DNA of 55,563 nt. Source: Halieaceae bacterium (GTDB taxonomy: Bacteria; Pseudomonadota; Gammaproteobacteria; Pseudomonadales; Halieaceae). The first letter of the stretch is position 1. Each line of letters opens with the position of its first letter. Below, one piece after another: positions 37,101 through 46,370 of this stretch. Under the pieces are notes generated by a model. It did not search any database. It was not told where the DNA came from and saw only the letters and a program-made list of their open reading frames with translations. The DNA lies in assembly GCA_024224435.1 (NCBI GenBank), contig JAAENL010000539.1, positions 1-55,563 of the forward strand, written 5' to 3'. The translations under genes and the position numbers were made by a program.

Positions 37101-40100
37101 CGATACTCAGGGCATGACCATCAACTGGCTGGGAGATGTGAACGGTGATGCCAGGGCTGACCTGGCTGTGGGCATGCCCCAGGCCTCAGCCAATAGCAAT
37201 GCGTCAGCCGGCCGCGTGGCCGTGGTTTACGGCTCCCCCGGCGGTTGGCCCATCCCTTCGGATGCAGTGGCACTGGCAGAAGCGACGACCTCCTTCATCG
37301 GCAATGGTGTCAATGTGCAATTGGGTGAGGTAGTGGCGCCGGCGGGTGATACCAATGGCGATGGCTTGAGCGACCTCTGCGTAGGTGACCCTGCCAACAA
37401 CCAGGCTTACCTGGTGTACGGCCAGGCGAATGGTCTGCGACGGGATTTCACCCTCTCCGCCCTGAGCCAGACCTCCAATGGTTCCCTGGGCAAAGTGTAC
37501 ACATCATCCTTGGGCAGCGTAGGCAGGTGGTTGTCCTCAGCCGGGGATGTGGATGGCGACGGTTTCGACGATTTGCTCGTAGGTGTAACCGGTGTGAGCG
37601 GCGGCACAGGTCATATGTACCTGGTGCAGGGTCGGAGTGCCCTGAGTAGGTCGGGAGTACAGGATGTGGGACTACTCACTGGCCCGGCAGCGGTATCGAT
37701 GGAATACTTGCAGATGGACAATAATGGCGCCGTGGCTACAGGGGTGGGGGATGTGAACGGCGACGGCTACCATGACTTCGTAATCGCGGACCCGAATGAC
37801 AGCTATAGCGCCGGCCAGGCCGCAGTGTACCTGTTTCTGGGGCCGGTGAACTGGCGGCAAGCTGGCGAGACGGGCGCTCTGAACCCCTTGACCCATGCCA
37901 ACGCCAGCTTCGTAGGAGATAGTAACGTTGCGGTGGGCGAGCAGGTGGTGGCTCTGGGCGATGTCAACGGCGACCAACTGCCCGACTTCGCTTACGCCAG
38001 TGGCAACGCCCCCCGCATCGTGTACGGGCGCAGCTCGGGCTGGAGCCCGAGCATGAGCGCAGACGTGACTTTCGATGGCTACACACCTGCACCCAACAAC
38101 TTCATCGCCGCCGTAGGCGACGTGAATGGCGATGGCCTCAACGACATCCTGCTGGGCGCCACGGGTGGGGGTGGTCGCGCCTACCTGGTGCATGGCTCGG
38201 GCGATCTGGCCACGAACCAGCCGGTGCAGGCGCAGATCAGCGGCGTGAGCAGTGCAGCCTCAGCCCCCTATGCGGCAGGCGCAGATCTCAACTGTGATCT
38301 CTCCTCCGACCTCTTGCTGGTACCAACCGGTGATTTCAGCTTGCAGGCGCAAGGGACACAGGGCCTGATGAGCGTGCGCAGGCAGTCGCTGGCCTTCAAC
38401 CAACAGGGTCGCTGGATCGGCCCGGCGCCGCGCCCGCGGGCAATGTCAGAACTGCCCAGCGCCAGCGCCATAAAAGCGACCTCTCCCGAAGCGTTCTCAG
38501 CAGCATCAACTCTAGGGTTGAGCAATGCGGTCACAGACAGCCTGACCACAAGTGCATTGGCCTTCCGCCTCTACGACAACAACATATCTGACTGGTTGAC
38601 AGATACTGTCATCACCGGCGATTGGGATGGCGACGGCAAGAGTGACGTGGCCGGCTGGACTGGTTCGGGATGGCGAAGCTGGCATGCGGATGGCTTGAGT
38701 TCTAATGAAGTACAATTCACAGAATACACGAATAACATACCCGCAGCGGTGACAGGTGGTGCACCTTTGCTGAAAGGCGATTTCGACGGCGACGGTCTGG
38801 ACGATCTGGCCGCCTGGGATGGCAGCGCCTGGCAATTCGTGCGCGCTACGGGCGCTTCGGGCAACAGCTTTGACTTTGCCGCCATCAGCAGTGACCTGGG
38901 CGGCCTTGGCGGCGGCGATACGGGCAAGATGATCGTTGGCGACTTCGACGGCGACGGCCGGACAGATGTAGCCGCCTGGGATGGCAGCGCCTGGGTGACC
39001 TACATCTCCAACGGCACGAGCACAGCCTTAAACTTTGCCAATGTCAGCAACAACCTGGGCAGCCTGGTGGCAGGCGATGCCGGATCACTGCTCAGCGGAG
39101 ACTTTGACGGGGATGGCAAGAGCGACCTGGCCTCCCGAGAATCAGATACCAGCAACTGGGTTGTGTGGATCAGCGCCGGAGTGTCAGGCGACGCCTTGAC
39201 CTTCCAGGAAGTGACAAATAACAGTCTTGGCTACGCGGTGGACAGCACAGTCCCGCGAGTGGCGGCCGATTTCAGCGGCGACGGCAAATCCGATGTGCTG
39301 GCTTTGCTGGATCAGGAGTTCTCCGCCTGGTTGTCACAGGCTGCGCCCGGCGGCGATGCCGTGCCCTTCCGGGTCGTGCCAGCGAACGGAAAACAGTTCA
39401 GTGGCTCCTTCCCCGCCGATACCCTGATCGGCGACTTCGACGGGGATGGCAAGGCGGACTATGCCTCCTTAAATGAGTTGGGCGATGGCTGGCGCTTCCA
39501 ACTGGCAAGCCTGGCAGCCGTGCGCTACGTGGATGACGACTACTGCTCAGCCTGCGCCAATGATGGCCATAGCTGGGGTGTGGACGCATTTGGAACCCTG
39601 AAGTCAGCCCTGGATGCGGCCTGGTTTGGCGACACCATCGAGGTGGCCGCAGGGGTGTACAACTCGGCGGTGATCCATGCAGGCCAGGATTACCTGACGC
39701 TGCGGGGGAGCGATGCCGATGCGGTCTTCCTGGACGCGCAGGGGGGCACCGGCATCACCATCCTGCCCCCTGACGAAGTCTCCAACACCTATGCCAACAT
39801 CGTGGGCGTGACCATCCAGAATCTCACCATCTCCAACGCCCTCAGCGGCATCAAACTGAACCATGGCGGACAGGCGACTGCAGACCCCGATGTAAGTGAT
39901 GGGCGCAACATTGTGATCAAACATGTGCTGTTCAACCAGGAGCTCGCCGGCAGCACAGCCGTCGACGCCTTCCTCTCCGCCCTATGGCTGCGGCACAACA
40001 CCCTGGTTGCCGATGCCTCAGATGTGACCCTGGTTGCCAACGATCCCGGCGGCCTGCCCGACAGCTATGTCTTCTTGCAGGACAACCTGTTCGTGGCCTT

Positions 40101-43100
40101 GGCCAATGCCGCCCCCTTACCATTCTGGTGGACCGACAGCAGTAGCCAGAACCCCGCCTTGACCATGAGCAATGGTTTTGCCAGCGAGAATGGGCTTAGC
40201 AGCGATTGGCAGAGTGCCCCGGTTGGCGTGCAGATGACCGTGCAGGACGCCCAGTTCCTCAATGTGGCGCAGGACATCTTCCGCATAGGCGCCGCTTCAC
40301 AGGCGATAGCGCAGGCCAGCGGTGGTAAGGACCTGGGCTATTACAGCTACCGGGGGCCGGTGTACGTGGATGCCACCTATTGTGAGACCTGCGACAACGA
40401 CGGTCGCACCTGGGGCGAGGACGCCTTCAGCAGCATCCAGGAAGGCATCGACAGTGGCGCCCTCAGAGTGTTGGTCGACCCCGGCCTGTACCGCGAGCGC
40501 ATCGCCCTGGTGCATGGCGTGCAGGTCTTCGGCAGTGGCGCCGGACTGACGGTGCTGGCGCCGCCCGATATGTCGGGTGGGTACCTGGTGGGCGTAGAGA
40601 ATGCCAGAGAAACGGCGCTGGCATTGCTGACGATAGCAGGAGAAGACTCAGCAGATGGGATCCAGGTAGAGGGTGGGAGTGAAGTGAGTCTGAAACGGCT
40701 GATCGTGCATAACACAGGCACGGCAGTCGATATCAGCGGCAGTACAGCCCGTGCAACCTTGATAAACGATACCCTTGTCAGTAATGATAACGGCGTCGTG
40801 GCAGAGCAGTGCAGCAGCGTGGATATGCGCAACAGCATTCTGGCCTTCCAGCAACAGATGGGACTGAACTTTGAAACCAGCGGCTGTCCCGGCACACAGC
40901 GGGTGTTACACAACTTCAATGCCTACTGGCGTAACACCAGTGATTTCGAAATAGACGGCGTAGTCGTGGACCAGCCGGGCGTGGGCGAGATCTTCGCCGA
41001 CCCCCGCTTCCGCGATGTGAGCAACCATGACTACCGCCTGCAGGTTGATTCACCTGTGGTCGATGCCGGAGACCCGAGTGATCCGGCGCCGCCTGGGAGC
41101 GGCGTACGGGTGGATCTGGGCTATGCGCAGGCGGCGGAAGCATCGGTCTATGCCAGCAAAGCCTACTGCGAGCAGTGCCTCAATGACGGTCTGGAATGGC
41201 AGGTGACGGCCTTTGACACAATTCAAGACGCCATCGACAACGTGCCCGATCTGCCAGGCATGTGGACAGTGGGCGTGGATGGCGGCGATATCGGCGCCAT
41301 GGTCTATGAAGAGAACGTGGCGCTGAAGAGTGGAATCCGCCTGGTGGGTAGCGGAGCGGAGCAGAGCATCATTGATGGTGCGGACGATTCGGTGCTGACA
41401 CTGGATGGGGTGACACATGTTGAGGTGATCGGTTTCACCATCACAGATGGCGGATCCGAAGCCGGCGATGCCGGTATCCGCGTCACCGGCGCCTCCAACC
41501 AGATCACGATCACACGCAATATCATCGGTGGGCAGTCGCCGTTGGCGAGCACGCCCGCCAATGGTAATGCCGGGGTGCGCTTCGAGGCGGACTCGAGCGG
41601 CAGCCTCAGCTTCAACACCATCGTGCAGAACTTCGGCGCAGGTGTGCAGGTCTCGGGAGAGAGAAGCTGGCTGAATGCCCGCTACAACATCGTGGCGCAG
41701 AACGACATCGGCTTTGACAACAGTGCAGGCGGCCAGATATTCAATGCCTACAACCTGCTGGGCAATACTAACCCGAGTTGGTGCGCGAGCTGTGCAGACT
41801 ACAAAGGCAGTGTGACGGTCGGTCAGGGGGAGCGCAGTGGAGACCCCGGATTTGTGGATGGGGCGAACGGAGACTTCCGCCTGACCACGAGTTCGCCGGC
41901 CCTGGATGCGATTCCATCGTACGAATACACAGAGGTAGCAACGGGTGGTGGGGCGAGAGCGGACATGGGCTATCGCGAGTTGTTGGCCATGCCTGCCACC
42001 CTGCTGCTGGGCCTGCAGGGCAACTCCTGTGGCCTGGGCAGCGCCGGCATAGCCTCGGTGGACGTGGGCCTGGTATTCGTGAATGATGCCAGCCAGAGTC
42101 CCGAACAAACGCTGCCCACGAGCTGGCAGAGTTCGGATCTGTTTACATCAGGCCAGGCAGGTTCTTACTACACAACAACCATCAAACCAAGCGATGGCGA
42201 TGGGCTCTACCGTCTGTACACCCGAGCGGCAGATAGCGTGGGCAATGTCAGTAACCAAGCCCGCGACTGGTACCGTTCATCATTCATCGCCGACGGCACG
42301 CGTCCGCACGTACGGTTGGTTTCTCCAGGCGGTAATAGCGACAGCAGTGCGCCGGCAATATCATTGCAGATGGATGTGAGCGATTGGGTAGCTACCGGCA
42401 TGCCCGGCGAAACAAGCTACAACATCCGCTCCGCCTTCTTCGAAGTAGACGGCGCCGTTGTTACCGCTACCCGATCCATCACCGTGGCCAGCGAGGGGGG
42501 TTGGCAGCGTTATGAAAGCGCTGTGGCGTTGGAGAATGGTTACCATCTCATAAGCGCCAAAGCAGTAGACCAAGCAGGAAATGTGGGACAGGCGCTGCCG
42601 CTATTGGTGGCGGTAGCGACAACACAGAACGAAGCGGCGTTGACTAATCCCCTGCCTGGCAGAGCGGTGAAAACCGGCAGTGTCCTCCTCAAGGGCTATG
42701 TGCACTTCCAGGAGCAGGCAGGCGAGGGCCAGGTGGAAGTCCTGGTGGATGGCGTGTCGCAGGGCATGGCCACATCGGCCGATGACACCGCCCTGGCCAC
42801 CAGTTGGCGCAAGCAGGTGACCCTGAGCGGCGAGGGCGGTCATACGATCACCCTGCGAGCAAGCCGCAGCCAGGGCACGACGCCCAGTGTGGACACCACC
42901 GCAACCTTGGTGCTGGACACGCAGTCGCCAACACTCAGCTTTACCCCACCAGCTGGCGTGGTCACCGGCACCGTCACATTGTCGGGCACGGCCAGTGATG
43001 ACACGAGCGGCCTGATATCGGTGGCAGTCAGTGATGATGGAGGCTATACCTACGAGCCTGCCCTGTTAAGCGACGGCGCCTGGAGCTACGACTGGACCCC

Positions 43101-45474
43101 TGGCGCCAACAGTAACTACGCCAGCTACCCCCTGCGAATCCGTGTCGAGGATCGGGCGGGCAATGTCGTGGTGCAACCGGCCACAGTGGTGGTAGACAAC
43201 CAGGGCCCGGGTCTGATCGACTTACTTGCGATCAGACCCTCGCAGGGCAGCCATGTGGCAGCGCCTGGCAGCATAGAGCTGAGTTGGGTGCAGCCCAGGG
43301 ATGGCAGCGGCCTGGTCGAGATCTGGGTGGCGGTCGATCAGTTCACAAATACGGTGCCAACAGGCAGTGAGAAAGCGATCGGCGCCAGCTACAGCGCCAC
43401 TCTCCCGGCAGCGGGCACCTGGTACGTGCATGTCTCCACCGTGGATGCTCTAAACCACCAGGTCACAGACCATTTCGGCCCCTGGTATGCCGAAAGTGGT
43501 GGGGGATTGTCAGCTGCAGCCCTGTCCGGTCCGCCCTGGCAGAGTTCGGTGCAGGTGGACGGCTACCTCGACATCCATCGTGGCGAGTGGCACCCGGCCA
43601 CCGAGCTGTTGGGTCGGGACCCCCGTCCCCGGGGTGTGTATGCCTTGTACACGACCTGGGATGAGCAGTACCTATACTACGGATGGCAGGGCCCGCAGTG
43701 GGGCCCGGATGGCACGGGCATGCTCCACTTCGACACACAACCAGGGGGCACGGCCAGCGCCTTCGAAAATCCAGGCCTGAGCCTGCCCTTTGCGGCGGAC
43801 TACGTCCTGGTTTCCGGATTCGATGGGCATGTCGTATTCCGCTACATAAATGACGGCAATTGGGAAGAGGTCGACGATCCCGGCTTTTTACATGGACACG
43901 GCGCCAATGGCGATACTGAAGTGCGTATCAGCCGGGCGGCGCTATCCGTCACGGGTGAAGTGCGACTCCTGGCCTCGGTACAGAATGAGGGGGGACATGT
44001 GCAAAGTGTCCTGCCCTCTGCATTGAATCCTCTCTCAGGTCCCTGGCAGCGAGCCTACAGCTGGCCTGATCTAGCACAGGGCATTGACCCCAATGCCGGT
44101 CAACCTCAAGCTCACCACATGGAAGTACGAGTGAGCAGCCCCGACATCTATGGCCGGCCCCCCGGTCCCAACAGCCAGGTGCGCTACGTGTTCCAGGTCA
44201 CTCATGATGACCCCGAACCCCTGGAGCGTGCAGTCCTGCTGCTGTACGGCAGCGAAGGATTGTTGTTCGAAAAGCTGAGCGGCTGGCCGCAGGAGCTCGT
44301 GCAGAGCCAGGGTGACCGCTGGTTCATCGACCTGGGTGAAGTGGAGCCCGGGCTGAGCGAGCCCATCACCCTCACTGCCAGGCTGGCCGGGGAACTGACA
44401 GGCACAGATGTGGTCACGGTGACTGCGGAAGTGCGGGCCGATGTAGAGCCCAGTGAGCCCGATCTAGCGTTACGAGAACTCAGCCATGGTGTCGACAGCC
44501 GTGCCCCTGAGCTGGGATTCGACCTGCCTGCTCAGGACGCCACCCTGCGCAGCGGCCCTCGACGGGTGTATGGTTGGGCAAGCGACGCCGGCGGCGGAGG
44601 CGTGGCCTGGGTGGAAGTGCAGGTGAATGGCGGCCCCTGGCAGAGAGCCCAGGGCAGCAAGAGCTGGAGTGCGGAGGTGGACGTACCTGCAGAAGGGCAG
44701 GAGGTTGAACTGGCGGCACGAGCTGTGGACAGGTATGGCCATGTCAGTGAACTCAAGCCTCAAGTCGTAACCGTGGACAATGTCCCTCCCACAGCCTCCC
44801 TTGCACTGGCGAACCCTGTGCTGGCTGGGCGGCAGGTGCGCCTCAGCGGCAGCGCATCCGACCCCTATCCCACAGGCGGCGCTCTCGCCCGGGTAGAACT
44901 GCAGATCGATGACGGTCCCTGGCTGCGGACCTCGCTCAGGCAGCAAGGCGATGACGAGGGCAGCGTGCGTTGGTATCTGAGCTGGCGCCTGCCTGAACAA
45001 GAGGGCGTGCAACACAGTCTACGTGTGCGCGCCGTTGACGTGGCCGACAATGTGGGCTCTGCTTCAGATACAACCCTGGTGACAGTGGACAGCCTGTCGC
45101 CCACCTCGGGCATCCTCTCCCATGGCGAGGCCGACACCATTCATGGCGACCACATCCTGATCTGGGGCATAGCCCAGGATGGCTGGGGCGTGGCCGCGGT
45201 TGATGTCAGTGTCGATGGCGGCAACAGCTGGGAGAGTGCCTTATTGGGTGAGGATGCACAAGCCCTATTGGCAGCCCATGGTGTGGACCTGCCACCCGCC
45301 GATCAGTTGCCGGATGGTGCCGTGCTGTGGGCGATGGAAAGGCCTGTCACCGCCAACACCCTGGCCCTGCGCAGCCGCGCCACCGACCTGGCCGGCAATG
45401 TCGAACCCCTAACCCCACCCCTGCGCGTACATCAGGCTCTCATCCGTATCTTGCTACCTCTGATCTTGCAGTAA
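31114..45474 (+). CDS. Giant multidomain surface/secreted protein GP3 (4786 aa), close paralog of GP2
   Basis: Start set at ATG 31114 because AAAGGA lies at 31101-31106 and MNYTRRISLF aligns with GP2 MYHTRRFLL. Collinear with GP2 throughout: TM pair 32050-32220; Ca repeats 32389-32720 and 35443-35845; low-GC variable segment 34150-34515; hydrophobic helices 34515-34850; FG-GAP 37128-38330; VCBS-like 38545-39520; three beta-helices; ends RILLPLILQ. Confidence 0.92.
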   Translation: MNYTRRISLFTLALVMTVLFAGGLVLALSGYAEPASSDPISSALAQARQTGSYHIVADIEQTLIPQAAISTVGRGEEQQSLRILGDVAQRRGPTGADEPYARLQFYAGKDQEPVSLQVKGAEVYVGYQGRWKEVDDPLGGTMPGGDPLAYLTAVENVEELDPVKTAEGTYRRYGYHLDGKVYAEQQRQRMQALLAGRLPSGVELAVNPLHERMSGEGELWVDERGLPRRQVLAINLPEVQEDYDAIVHMQVDYSRYGERAPMAEFNESASEPGTLVEQVSSVETGGGEGEAGQTPSISAEKAGFTMQELTEPLIPALLALPLLLLAISLVRRRRRMYASVVVAMIVMMVLQPLLQVGQFTLFHQARAEASSFEQALQDLGAAPTRMAQRDVAQQAPSELARTGVEATALTDCRVLYVKEGVDPQGDDDGDGLFNEVEWCLGTDYAEVDSDSDGITDTVELQGFTDENGKQWWSDPLLPDSNNDGMGDGEEWSPFLTSDVYTGTDGFTDKDSDGVPNLWDDDNDDDGVPDAQDISPFQVLAYRPSFEVNVSGHATDTVVYVDVAVQPQEQAHLRYTLTSLDWPDDSLGQMQDRDSSSDDITLVPVLELKSTQPPSLAGEYNILSVPINPDDVSQGYDLWVPLQPVTDGGAVYAFGGRIAFSAGEADAGIQLTEGRVLWLANAVLDSCVTDDSEACAVTSEDSMVASYYEDQFRVTGLNVLETKDVQVGLFGATAPAVSADQAVDDELKVIMQLMTAGLAGSYLMFQNPDLTQIEANFADPSAQTPYTDTWGIDPASMVVQVDNFEHRDQALATTTQTNTVALLDRLANEVQGVACSLSSTGFYTPTLGTAYEETMGSVDLSSLLMDVSNGNPAVISGAPVVFSIALGDAVTYVRRQAQMGSYACATDDTGVAGWRALSNNEAMNEMSSRYSTEDGLTASVQLLFAGFYAGMSNIISFNGVLVDGVQESTDSSDFDYLNAVTASTMPEYVRQIYQLDALESSLDTSDFSKALRDWQLSFRSVQQANYAMDAWLAQISIVVATNLIQRYQLSTWLSARNSVVEDLINRAIEEYGISNGFRLQRSGAADWFIDGDRYSQQFNLVNEESGKELDDNIYRGFSDNFEGSLTVEARKSQVFYTKLAAYFVATAITAVFVGIDYAMYRQSAKSLDGIQADAAEAQFFASTIIQVTQLIFSLILIWVFNSSAVGVALEFAIFLIVYIVVGAITGNWSPLKTYNFLITWLGEAILNLKLLAKVPKDGVNAGNINFTLDISNTRTSGPLPDGWYTIATEMTTTLAGKKVGNSWAYVRWDEVEQPFYLQRYNTVNAPELIGSKGSGGIDNCSEVDSEGQRQCYVSAKLQFQPAEAGRNTAIPFINSMEAKLRYKDNFGSGLQYVYSEDESLGLESETAYFYIDILPRSLAELVSWDAYQPVTATSGAESYADFNVDKDSDGLTSSEEDAIGTSDNDWDYDDDGLSDGWEEKNSLRGVNVLLADGDGDGLGDREEILLGTAPDIADTDSDGLLDGEEVCRYDAASGNLVGGWEVSSVGGYWVCSDPKKADYDDDGILDGEEREAGLSPYAPNTAPYLRLLADPAVFYNGNVQTVLAAGAPVTISLRLDNRSAASVNQPLQLVYDASILTNGQVFSQSGSGGYVPPSPTQTDGGLNWDMAAAPLYTGERMSSTLLLEASSGLAGSQLAELVASVQYSDVLSSALAQVTQTVSVLVDGEVPTSQIISPADGEAINGNVYVVGGSATDVTSWPVGVAVKANGDGYDSGWQAATSETNVFATWAWQWTPLPADGLYTLQSRASDYVGNVENPITSTTVIVDNTAPGASFNNLTDGEALTINSNQVTVQGSATDLLSGVADVAGLQLVQLSIDGRPWVNVWQQFNAPHPVTATWSSSWSVSDDAYGSHSLSVRAVDALNQIGDASRIEVIVDTLEPTDMWSNYQPSLPAGQPFELLGHADDEGNVPLPARPHKLENVMDSVISATVMLMPESYTDTQGMTINWLGDVNGDARADLAVGMPQASANSNASAGRVAVVYGSPGGWPIPSDAVALAEATTSFIGNGVNVQLGEVVAPAGDTNGDGLSDLCVGDPANNQAYLVYGQANGLRRDFTLSALSQTSNGSLGKVYTSSLGSVGRWLSSAGDVDGDGFDDLLVGVTGVSGGTGHMYLVQGRSALSRSGVQDVGLLTGPAAVSMEYLQMDNNGAVATGVGDVNGDGYHDFVIADPNDSYSAGQAAVYLFLGPVNWRQAGETGALNPLTHANASFVGDSNVAVGEQVVALGDVNGDQLPDFAYASGNAPRIVYGRSSGWSPSMSADVTFDGYTPAPNNFIAAVGDVNGDGLNDILLGATGGGGRAYLVHGSGDLATNQPVQAQISGVSSAASAPYAAGADLNCDLSSDLLLVPTGDFSLQAQGTQGLMSVRRQSLAFNQQGRWIGPAPRPRAMSELPSASAIKATSPEAFSAASTLGLSNAVTDSLTTSALAFRLYDNNISDWLTDTVITGDWDGDGKSDVAGWTGSGWRSWHADGLSSNEVQFTEYTNNIPAAVTGGAPLLKGDFDGDGLDDLAAWDGSAWQFVRATGASGNSFDFAAISSDLGGLGGGDTGKMIVGDFDGDGRTDVAAWDGSAWVTYISNGTSTALNFANVSNNLGSLVAGDAGSLLSGDFDGDGKSDLASRESDTSNWVVWISAGVSGDALTFQEVTNNSLGYAVDSTVPRVAADFSGDGKSDVLALLDQEFSAWLSQAAPGGDAVPFRVVPANGKQFSGSFPADTLIGDFDGDGKADYASLNELGDGWRFQLASLAAVRYVDDDYCSACANDGHSWGVDAFGTLKSALDAAWFGDTIEVAAGVYNSAVIHAGQDYLTLRGSDADAVFLDAQGGTGITILPPDEVSNTYANIVGVTIQNLTISNALSGIKLNHGGQATADPDVSDGRNIVIKHVLFNQELAGSTAVDAFLSALWLRHNTLVADASDVTLVANDPGGLPDSYVFLQDNLFVALANAAPLPFWWTDSSSQNPALTMSNGFASENGLSSDWQSAPVGVQMTVQDAQFLNVAQDIFRIGAASQAIAQASGGKDLGYYSYRGPVYVDATYCETCDNDGRTWGEDAFSSIQEGIDSGALRVLVDPGLYRERIALVHGVQVFGSGAGLTVLAPPDMSGGYLVGVENARETALALLTIAGEDSADGIQVEGGSEVSLKRLIVHNTGTAVDISGSTARATLINDTLVSNDNGVVAEQCSSVDMRNSILAFQQQMGLNFETSGCPGTQRVLHNFNAYWRNTSDFEIDGVVVDQPGVGEIFADPRFRDVSNHDYRLQVDSPVVDAGDPSDPAPPGSGVRVDLGYAQAAEASVYASKAYCEQCLNDGLEWQVTAFDTIQDAIDNVPDLPGMWTVGVDGGDIGAMVYEENVALKSGIRLVGSGAEQSIIDGADDSVLTLDGVTHVEVIGFTITDGGSEAGDAGIRVTGASNQITITRNIIGGQSPLASTPANGNAGVRFEADSSGSLSFNTIVQNFGAGVQVSGERSWLNARYNIVAQNDIGFDNSAGGQIFNAYNLLGNTNPSWCASCADYKGSVTVGQGERSGDPGFVDGANGDFRLTTSSPALDAIPSYEYTEVATGGGARADMGYRELLAMPATLLLGLQGNSCGLGSAGIASVDVGLVFVNDASQSPEQTLPTSWQSSDLFTSGQAGSYYTTTIKPSDGDGLYRLYTRAADSVGNVSNQARDWYRSSFIADGTRPHVRLVSPGGNSDSSAPAISLQMDVSDWVATGMPGETSYNIRSAFFEVDGAVVTATRSITVASEGGWQRYESAVALENGYHLISAKAVDQAGNVGQALPLLVAVATTQNEAALTNPLPGRAVKTGSVLLKGYVHFQEQAGEGQVEVLVDGVSQGMATSADDTALATSWRKQVTLSGEGGHTITLRASRSQGTTPSVDTTATLVLDTQSPTLSFTPPAGVVTGTVTLSGTASDDTSGLISVAVSDDGGYTYEPALLSDGAWSYDWTPGANSNYASYPLRIRVEDRAGNVVVQPATVVVDNQGPGLIDLLAIRPSQGSHVAAPGSIELSWVQPRDGSGLVEIWVAVDQFTNTVPTGSEKAIGASYSATLPAAGTWYVHVSTVDALNHQVTDHFGPWYAESGGGLSAAALSGPPWQSSVQVDGYLDIHRGEWHPATELLGRDPRPRGVYALYTTWDEQYLYYGWQGPQWGPDGTGMLHFDTQPGGTASAFENPGLSLPFAADYVLVSGFDGHVVFRYINDGNWEEVDDPGFLHGHGANGDTEVRISRAALSVTGEVRLLASVQNEGGHVQSVLPSALNPLSGPWQRAYSWPDLAQGIDPNAGQPQAHHMEVRVSSPDIYGRPPGPNSQVRYVFQVTHDDPEPLERAVLLLYGSEGLLFEKLSGWPQELVQSQGDRWFIDLGEVEPGLSEPITLTARLAGELTGTDVVTVTAEVRADVEPSEPDLALRELSHGVDSRAPELGFDLPAQDATLRSGPRRVYGWASDAGGGGVAWVEVQVNGGPWQRAQGSKSWSAEVDVPAEGQEVELAARAVDRYGHVSELKPQVVTVDNVPPTASLALANPVLAGRQVRLSGSASDPYPTGGALARVELQIDDGPWLRTSLRQQGDDEGSVRWYLSWRLPEQEGVQHSLRVRAVDVADNVGSASDTTLVTVDSLSPTSGILSHGEADTIHGDHILIWGIAQDGWGVAAVDVSVDGGNSWESALLGEDAQALLAAHGVDLPPADQLPDGAVLWAMERPVTANTLALRSRATDLAGNVEPLTPPLRVHQALIRILLPLILQ
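45394..45474 (+). repeat. Second copy of the 81-bp C-terminal tract
   Basis: 79/81 identical to 30930-31010. Confidence 0.92.
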
Positions 45475-45602
45475 ATAATTCTGGATAGCAGTATTTAATG
45501 AGGACTGCCAGTCCTATTCACCAGCAGTGGTGGACGAGCTAATAATGTCCTGCTTGCGTAATGGTGATATTTATAAGAGGTAGTCAGAAAAGTAAAGCAA
45601 CC

Positions 45603-45734
45603 ATGAGCGGTCAAACAAGCGTTGAAGAACGAAACCAGATCCTGGAACTAGCCCAGGCTGGGTCAGCTGGCAAACAAATTGCCAAACAGCCGAGTGATCT
45701 TACATCTACTGATTCGTCACCAAAATGCCCATAA
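45603..45734 (+). pseudogene. Possible N-terminal HTH fragment of a transposase
   Basis: 43-codon ORF MSGQTSVEERNQILELAQAGSAGKQIAKQ... has the (T/S)xEERxxIxxxxxxGxxxxxIAxx pattern of transposase N-terminal helix-turn-helix domains, then degenerates and stops. Confidence 0.45.
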
Positions 45735-45877
45735 ACCCAAGCTCGAGATTATCATCACTGTCTGATCTAGATCGCGGGCTCGATGCCCCCTGTTTATTCG
45801 ACCACTTCTATTGGAAACACCCTAGATTCGGGCCCAAAAGAGCGTAAAATCCGTCAATCGACAGGTTCTACATTAGA

Positions 45878-45901
45878 CGGGAGCGACGGGAGTCGCTCCC
45901 G
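45878..45901. repeat. Perfect hairpin with GNRA loop, REP-like
   Basis: CGGGAGCGAC-GGGA-GTCGCTCCCG: 10-bp perfect stem with no U-tract on either strand. Confidence 0.6.
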
Positions 45902-46192
45902 CGATGAATCTGTCATTTCAAGCAGACTTCGACCCCAGTTTTTGCTTCTGATACCAGCATGGCCAGTAAATCGAGACGCTCAAGCGATATCACCACAGTT
46001 TTCGAGCCTGCAAGGTGGTATTTGGATGGGCGGTGACCGAACATGCCGACACCCCTTAGCGCTCCAAGCTTGGACAGGACAACTCCTTCAACGAAATCAA
46101 GTGCGTCTTTCCTATGCACTCAATGGCGCCAAAGACAATCCCGAAATGGAAACCAGCGATGGTCACTTCAAGTGTGAACCTTTCCCTACGAG

Positions 46193-46228
46193 CCCCTAAC
46201 CTCCCCCGCATGAAGGGGAGGTTAGGGG
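46193..46228. repeat. 14-bp perfect inverted repeat with C-rich/G-rich arms
   Basis: CCCCTAACCTCCCC-cgcatgaa-GGGGAGGTTAGGGG; no U-tract. Confidence 0.7.
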
Positions 46229-46274
46229 TGAAACATGCAACAACGATGTTTACAATGTAGTTGGCTCAGTTGAT

Positions 46275-46312
46275 AAAAAAGGTTGCCGAGATTCTCACCT
46301 TCGGCAACCTTT
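46275..46312 (-). terminator. Intrinsic terminator of GP4
   Basis: On - it reads AAAGGTTGCCGA-11 nt loop-TCGGCAACC-TTTTTT, about 60 nt downstream of the GP4 stop. On + the stem is followed by only TTT. Confidence 0.85.
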
Positions 46313-46370
46313 AGCAGGTAATCACGCCCTACTACCAACACGTTGACGTTGGTTTGCTGTAAAACCTATG

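Noticed and set aside
41050-42108. Long antisense ORFs within GP1-4 (e.g. 41050-42108 -, 23888-24700 -, 50841-51842 +, 46788-47513 +)
   Set aside because: Shadow frames expected from GC-rich codon usage of the giant genes; no motifs or RBS, and they mirror the sense-strand repeats.
30930-45474. Diversity-generating retroelement (TR/VR) explanation for the 81-bp 3' repeat
   Set aside because: Both copies are coding, there are only two mismatches and one is C/T rather than adenine-specific, and no reverse transcriptase is in the window.
45783-46199. 138-aa ORF as a candidate immunity gene
   Set aside because: No RBS, runs through two palindromic repeats, and has a composition unlike a folded or membrane protein.
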